Positions 51,554 through 60,500 of a stretch of DNA of 64,000 nucleotides are shown piece after piece. Made by a program: the position numbers and the translations under genes. How positions within the stretch are numbered: the stretch's first letter is position 1; the number at the start of each line of letters is the position of its first letter. The stretch is from Octopus bimaculoides (lineage: Eukaryota): contig NC_068984.1 of the NCBI RefSeq assembly GCF_001194135.2, positions 41,628,136 to 41,692,135 on the forward strand, written 5' to 3'. The notes beneath the pieces are model-generated. The model did not search any database. It saw only the letters and a program-made list of their open reading frames with translations, and was not told where the DNA came from.

Positions 51554-54500
51554 TTTTTCTTTGTTTGGTGTTTTTCAGTTTTTTCTGCTCAAATTTCTCT
51601 TTTTCTTTACAATTTTCATAGGCTCAACCTCCTTTCTCCTTCAACAATTAGTTGTTATTATACTTATATTTTAATACTTGATGGAGATAATCAATTGGGG
51701 AAATATTGTGGCAGCGATTCATCTGAGATTGTTCGTTCAAGAAGTAATAAAATGACTATTAAATTTTTATCAAGATACAGTTATAATTTCCAAGGATTTG
51801 AAGCTACTTATGAAACAGTTTTTGGTGAGTATTTTAAATATCTTTACAATATATTCACTCTTTACAATATATTCACAAATTGATTTGTCCTGTAAACACA
51901 TAATGGTGACACTATGAAGACACAACCACAAGAAGTAATACTGCAGTTTTTTCAAATATACATGTGTTGTCACTATCATTGGTATTTATAACAGCAGCTA
52001 TAGCTTTGACAACATCAGAAAAATACCAATCAAATAGACAAGTCATTTATATTTGAGAATTCAAGCAACACTCAATTTTTTGCCCATTGTGGTTCTATCA
52101 TCATTTCTAGTAAACTGTGCTCAAATTGTCCATGTACAATAAAAAAAATTCTTCTTCTTCTTCTTGGTTAACATTAAGGCCCTTTGATTCTAGGTTTTGC
52201 TTCCATACCTGGGATTTCTTCTCTAATTCTGCTACAGATCCTTTCATAAGAGTAAGGTCATCAACATATACTAGTTCCCACGGGTGTGCAGTTTTGAATT
52301 CCCCTGTTATGACCTGGAAGACTATGATGAATAAGAGTGGACTGAGAACTGATCACTGGTGAACCCCTACTTATACGCTAAATTCATCATAGCTGACTCT
52401 CACCCTACCGACAGCACCACTGTACATGGCTTGTACAGCTCTAACAAGCCACTCATCTACTCCTAACTTCCTTAGAGACCACAAATAACAGAGTAAGGGA
52501 CTTTGTCAAAAGCTTTCTCCAGGTCAACAAAAGCCAAGTACAATGGCTTACTCTTGGCCAAATACTTTTCCTGCAGCTGATTCACTAGGAAGATGCTATC
52601 TGTGGTACTCTTCCCAGGTACAAAACCAAACTGCATCTCATCTTGTTTAATTCTATTCCAAATCAATTGAACTATAACTCTCTGTGTAACTTTCATGACC
52701 TGGTCCAACAGTTTGCTACCGCTGTAGTTGTTTCTGTCTAAGGCATCACCTTTACCTTTTAGCTGCTGACTATAATACTACTACACCAGTCATTATGGAT
52801 CATGTCTTCTCAAATTAACTATACAAGTGACTGGATTGAATCCTACACTACCAGATATTTTAATCATCTTGGCAGTGATTCCTGAATGTCCAGGAGATTT
52901 TTCTGTCTTTATATCCTTAATTGCCTTGTCTATTATACTACCGGCTGGTCCCTCAGTTGGTTTGATATTTGAAAGACTCTCCTTCTCCCATGCATTTTCC
53001 ACATTTAGTAACCTTTCATAGTGGAATCTTTCTTCTCTGAGCCATTAAGTGCAAGCATACCATTATCCATTTACACACATTTCTCACCCATCACATCACT
53101 ATTCTCTCTGATACACTACTTTACAATATTATTTGCAATATATTATAATAAATAGGAAGACTATATCTTATAAATGATATATTCTTACATCCAGAATATA
53201 GATTTATGTCTGTGCACTGTATGGTCTGGATTCATATTTTTAATATAATCTCTTGAAATATTACGAATTACAAAGAATGAGTAAAGACAATACACCTGCT
53301 GTTTAGGTGTTATTAAAATAGGTAATAGCTTGCATCTAAAGTAGCAAGTTTCCCTTGTTGAAGAATAACTCTTTCTTTGCAATAAACTTTGAAACAGGTT
53401 TTAAAAGAAAATATGTATGCATGTATGTGTACATGTATTCATATTTTCTTCTATCTTTAATTATTTGAAGTCATTCTGCAAGGAAGAAGCTAGTTTTTAA
53501 CAAAGATATGAAGCATCATTGTTGCAAATTTACATTTTGAAATTGCAAATTGCAAATTCACATTTTGAAAAGCAAATTCACATTTTGAAATTGAGAGAAC
53601 TTCTACTTACAGAGTATATTTGTAATGTGTGTGTTAGCTGATTGATTTCTTCTTTTGAAAATACCATTATTTCCAGATTGTAACATAAACATTTCCTAAC
53701 AAAACTAGGTGCACCAATTATTATCATTAGTATGTATATAAGTTGGCAAGCTGGCAGAATTGTTAGCATGTCAGGCAAAATGCTCAGCAGTATTTCATCC
53801 ATCTTTACATTCTGAGTTCAAATTCCACCGAGGTTGACTTTGCCTTTCATCCTTTCCAAGTTGCTGAAATAAGTACCAGTTGAGCACTGGGGTTGATGTA
53901 CTCAACTATAGCTCCTTCCCCAAAATTTCAGGCCCTGTGCCTATAGTAGAAAGGATTATTGGTATGTATGTGTGTGCATGTATGTACCCATCAGTAAATA
54001 TATAAATGTTATGTATATTACTTGACAGGAATCGAACAAGGATGTGGTGGACGTCTTTTCAATAAAACAGGATCAATATCATCAGTTAACTTTGAAAACA
54101 TCAATCTTTATGAGAAAAATCTTAATTGTGACTGGATAATCACAGCAGGTGCCAATGAATACATTGAACTGTCATTTGATTCTTTTGATCTTCAACAGAC
54201 AGAAAATTGTGAAGCTGATTATCTGAAAGTAAGTTGTCTTGGTCTTATCTTGTGGATTGGATATCATTTCTATGTTTGATGTACATATGTACAGAGTTTT
54301 GGGGCTAAATTTGATGATTTAGCTGTCTGAATTGAGCCTAAGGCCCTGTTCGAAGATGTGGGGATGAATTCCAGCATGTGGACACAGTCAGAACACCTGC
54401 CATGTCCCTTTCTGCTGAATTTGAGTCTGTGTTGGAGTTATCCATGTAATATCTTAGAGCCTTTAGTGTTCACAGAGCGCTGAGTAGCTCATAATGTTAA

Positions 54501-57500
54501 CAATTTGATACCTGGTGTGAATCATAATGATAGAGGTAATTGTTTTCTAATATACAGATGGTTTCCAGTCATTCATGTCCACTAGTTTTTTCTCAACTAC
54601 AGCTTTAATCTTTATGCTTTCCAATACCATTGATTGTACACAATACAAGCTGTTCTTGAGAAAACAAGACATAAAATTGTCAAATTTAGCCCATACAGCC
54701 TGTACATACACATAAACATGCAAACATGGAATATTACATAACTGTGCTGTTATATAACATGCTGTTTCAGTATTCAGTGAGAAACTGACTGGTATGATTG
54801 GCTGTTATGGATCTATAATACTGTATACTCTGATTAATATTATGTACACACACACAGACACACACACACACACAGATATGTGTGTGTGAGTGTGTATGCA
54901 CACACGTGCAATGAAAGTGTATTGCAAAATATGCTTAGTGTATGATCTAGTTATTTCAAATTCATTATCTCTTAACATTCTGTTGAAAATGTGTCAAAAT
55001 CCCAGCCCTGTAATGATTCTGTTACAGAACAGAAATAGATAATGGAAAAAGTGATTAGAACTTTTCCCTAACATTAAAGCGTTTGTCATTTCCTTCAAAA
55101 TGAATGTAAACAAGGTTAGTGCAATAGTTGTAATGTGTGTTTCAGGACTGGCTCACCAATGCTGTCCCCTGTGGTACTATCATGCAGGAAGTCCCAGTGA
55201 TTGATCATAAATTTAAATAGTGAAAACATTAACACAATTCTTGCTGTAATAAATCTAGCCTATTAGTATCATTTTTCTCTCATAGTTGAGATATTCAAAT
55301 ATCACAATTATTCAAATTTCTATTGCCTCTAAATCACATCAATATAATTGTGAAATTCATTGAAGTGTATTTATGCCACTTATTTACGGAGTGGGAAAGA
55401 TTCTAAACTGCTGACATTGACGTCATTATGTATCAGTCTCAGACAATGCATTGATATTTATTAAGATTAGTTTATCATTCTCAGGTCTTATTCATGATTA
55501 AATGAAACTTATCTTGTATTTGCTACCATCTGGATGAGAAACTGATGGTGAGGCTGAGATGTATTTAGCTGAAAACAAGTGTAGCTAGTTTTATACTACC
55601 AGATAATTTTCCATTCTCCCTATCTTTTAAATTGAGCTACAATATCTGTCAACCCTATAATAAATGCAGAACAGATAAAAATATTGTAAATATTGTAATT
55701 CATCGAATTCAGAAAATTTTTCATGAGATGGAAATTACAGTACACCCCTGTCCCTCCTTGTAGAGGCAGAAGATGAAGTCACAGAAAAAAAAATGTTTTA
55801 TTTTAGAGTAATTTCATCACACTCATTAAAAAGCTACCCGAAGAAGATGTAACGAAAACTGTATTTTATAGCTAATAAATAATAAGAGGCATTTCATTCC
55901 ATCTTTTGATGCATTTGTCGAGACAGAAGATATTGTCAGAGTTCTAAGATTTTACACCAGTTATTTTGATGTCTGTTCACAACTTTTCCACACTACCCTC
56001 ACCACAAAATCGAAAATTGTGAAAAAAAGCTCCACCCTAGTATATACATATATATGAACAGTAGTAACATCTGATTTCAAATCTCAGTGTTTGAATGTTT
56101 AGTTTATAAATATTTATGCACCATGTGCTCTGTTTTTGGTGCAAAACAAAACCAGTTGCACAGTCAGAGTTTAACGTGACAGTCATGGATTATTAACCGG
56201 TAGGCCACACCGATGAGGCTCAGGGTTTAAATACCTAAAAGCCGAAACCTGGTTTGTGGATGTCCCTAATTGCATAATATTTTTATTTGTACTGTTAAAT
56301 GTTTTAATTCTTTCTGTTTTCCTCGCGTACTGTTTTTCTCTGTTACCTTGGTGCGCTACGGTGGATTAATTTAAGACTTTAGCTCTTATTTCTAGCAGGT
56401 AGATGCTTGTTAAGCATCATTACGCTTTGAGCAAATTTATAATTCATAGCTATTTAATGCTATTACATCTGCGATCCACCTATGTCACTGCTGGTGATAT
56501 CATCAATTTTAAAATTTATCCACAGATGATATGAACAGTAGTAACATCTGATTTCAAATCTCAGTGTTTGAATGTTTAGTTTATATATATATACCCAACC
56601 CATACTAGCATGGAAAGCGGACGTTAAACGATTAAACGATATATATATATATTATCATCATCATCATTTAATGTCTGCTTTCCATACTGGCATGGGCTAG
56701 ATGGCTTGACTGGAAGTGATAAATCAGAGAGCGGCACCAAGTTCCAGTCTGATTTGGCATGATTTCTACAGATGGATGTTGTTCCTAATGCCAACCACTC
56801 CGAGAGGGTAATAAGTGCTTCTTACGTGGCCGCGGTGTGGGTGCCATTTACATGACAATAGTAACAGCCATGACTACCATTTCATGGGTGCCACTTAGAT
56901 GACACTGGTAATAGCCACGACTATGGTTTCACTTGGCTTGGAAAGTCTTCTCAAGCACAGCTTATCACCAAGGTTTCAGTCACTTGTCATCGCTTCTGTG
57001 AAGCCCAACATTTGAAGATTATGCTACTGGCAAAGGCCATGATTACAATTTCATAGGTGCCATTTACATGTCACCAGCAACGACCAACGACAACAATTTT
57101 ACTTGGCTTGACAAATCTTCTTAAGCACAACATATTGCCAAAGGTCTCTGTCACTAGTCATCGCCTCTATGATGCCCAATATTTGAAGATCATGCTTCAC
57201 TACCTCATCCCATGTCTTCCTGGATCTATCCCTTCCACAGGTTCCCTCCACAGTTAGAGGTCAGCTCTTCTTTATGCAGATGTCCTCATCCATATGCATC
57301 ACATGACCATATCAGTACAGTCTTCTCTCTTGCACACCACACCCGATGCCTCTTATGCCCAACTTTTCTCTCAAGATGCTTATACTCTGTTGTGCATGTA
57401 CACTGACATTACACATCCAGTGAAGCATACTAACTTCATTTCTTTCAAGCCTACACATGTCCTCGGCAGTCACAGCCCATGTTTCACTGCCATGTAGCAT

Positions 57501-60500
57501 GGCTGTTCACACACAAGCATCATACAATCTGCCTTTCACTCTGAGGGAGAGACCTTTAGTTACCAACAGATGTAGAAGCTCTCAGAACTTTGTCCAGCTT
57601 ATTCTTATTCTAGCAGCAATATTCTCAGAGCATATACCTCTACTATTGACTTGGTTACTTAGATAATAAAAGCTGTCAACTACTTCTAGCTATCCTTCCT
57701 CTGCATTTGATGGAGTCTATAAATATATATATAGAATAAATAAGTACCAAGTTTAAAAACAAAGTAAGCACTGGAGGCAATTTGTTTGACTAAAATTCTT
57801 TAAGGTGGTGTCCCAGTATGGCCACAGTCTAATGATTGAAATAAGTAAACGATAAAAGATCATGATGCAGAAATACCAGATGGTTAACACAACGCAACAT
57901 TGAAAATAATTAAAAATAAAGTTTTTTAAAACTCAATTCAAAATCAATATTTAAAACATTTTACACACAAGTCAAGTAATTGAACTTCTGAGCCATTTAT
58001 CAGGACTTCAAACTTGATTTTATTATATGCACTTTAAAAGGGTACATTTATTATCTCACAAACTTGTCTTGTTCTGCCTCTGTTAAAGGTTAAATTGTAC
58101 CTGCTTAAAAATGTTGGACTAATTCACCAGGCCATGACTCTTAGGAAAACGAAAAAAAAGAAGAATGAAGCAACAAATAAAATAAAATCATTAATTCATT
58201 TATAAATTGATTAGCTTATAAACATTTCACAACTTTTTTTTCTGTTTCCATAGAAACATCTGTATTGAAATAAATGTTATAATAGACTATTGAAGATGTT
58301 AAAGATTTGGGATTTGGGTTTAAATAATCTGAAATACATGTTTCAAGTTTCACAACTCCTTGTAATTTTTTTAATGTTAAGGTATTTAATCATCTGGAAT
58401 CAAAAAAACTTTGTGGCTCAACAATTCCATCAAACATAACTTCATCAACAAATACAATACATTTAACATTCAAAACGGATGATGAGACTGAAAGATCAGG
58501 TTTTAAAATGACATACAGAATAGTAACAAGTAAGTTCTTGTTTCTTCTTGCATAATGAAACTGGAAATTGTTTTACCTGTCTATCTGTCTGTTTGTCTTT
58601 GTCTAACTGTTTCTGTCTTTGTCTCTCTGTCTGTCTCTCTATCTGTTTATCTGTCTGTCCCTCTATCTATTTGTCCATCTATCTATGTCTGCTGTCTCTA
58701 TCTTTATATATCTCTTTCCATATATCCATCACCTTCATTCTCTCTCTCTCTCTCTCCCTCTCTCTCTCCTCTCCCTCCTCCCCTCCTCATCTCTCTTCCT
58801 TGCTCTCTACTTGTCTGTCTATCATTTTGTGTATCTGCCTATACTTAGATATTTTTGGATAAATCTGTTTGTTATAATCATATCATAGTTATACTTAGAG
58901 CTTTAAAACATTAAAATAATATAAAAATATTTTAATAGCAATAAAATGTTATAAAAATCAGCAAATTCTTGTGGATTTCATAAATGTATTCTTTAATTCT
59001 TTCAAATTTATCACAAATAAAACTTCACTCTATAACCAAATCATTTGTAAGATCTCATTTCATTATTTGCTTTACAACTTTCAAGGTCTAATTGATCTTT
59101 CATTGTCACCTCACTGCCAAAAGTTCATCCTAAATACAAATTTTGTGTAAGTCCAGAAAACAATTCAGCCCCTATCAGTTGCAAATCCTCTACAAACCTC
59201 AAGTAAGCCCATAACCAAAGTACTCTCATATATCTATAGTATTGCTGCAACTACATGTATGAAGATCTAAAACAAAGGCAGTCCACCTAGCTGGCAAAGG
59301 TTTACTCAGAAATATATTGCAACAAATGACTTACATACATGCTATTTCTTGTCTCAGCTTATTACATCTGTAACAGCTTTTATAGGGATGTTAGCTCTAT
59401 TAAAACATAGTTTAAAAATAAAGTTGCCTGTATTTTATTTTTAATCTCCTTTGCAGCTACAAAAAAATATATTGTGGAAATCAATTACCGCCAGTATTTT
59501 ATTCATTAGGAAATTCTGTTGAAATCAGCTACAGATCTCTTTCACTATCAGAAACACCAAAATTTGAATTGTCCTTCAAACTTGCAAACTGCATACTCCC
59601 TCCATTTAGGCCAACCTGACTCACCTGTCCTTTCTCCTTCCCTGACTCCTTTTGTTACACCTAGATCCTGGACTAAACACTTTGGTTAACGCTTTTGTTT
59701 TAGACAGTTTCCCTCTATAATTTTCTTCTTATCCATGTTTTCCTAGAAGTCTTAGAACTACAATTACTCAAGCTAATCATCTGCATTGATCTCCTCAGCC
59801 TTGCAGGACCTAGATGAACTAGATACAAAGTAACTTTTTAACTGTTCAACTTCTATAATATCATTTCAGTTAGATGAGATTCTATAGAGTAGTTACTGGT
59901 GATAATCATTAAATGTACTGCCAGTAATGTAGACTTAAGAGTGTTAAAGACTTAAATGTGGTATTATGGATGTTATTGTTTTTTTTTTTTCAGTTGAGTG
60001 TGGAGGAAGATATAATGGTACTACAGAATCTCAAAATATTTCTGGACCAACAGTTTCTACTAGTATGGAGCATGTAACAATGTGCCGCTGGATTCTTACT
60101 GTTCCAACAAATCTAAATGTTAGAATACAAGTTACTCTAATGAATATGAGCCAGAACTGTTTAGAAGACTACATTTTGTTCAAATGCTTAAGAATGCCAA
60201 ATATGGTATGACTTCAATTTTTAAAAAATCTTTTTTTATGTGTGTATGATGATGATATTGATGACTACTATTGCTGGTACCATAATTAATACCATTTCAT
60301 TATTGATTTCATGGTTTCTTTTTAACAATGATTATCTTTCTTCGAATTTCTTCTTAATCATAAAAATCATCTTTATATTTTTTCTTTTGACTCTTTTTCA
60401 AGATTATGTATACATTCCATGTATGATATCCAAAATTTGCTTATTCATATTTTGCACAATTATCCTGCTCACATGATATTCAAACTATTATCCAACAGAA

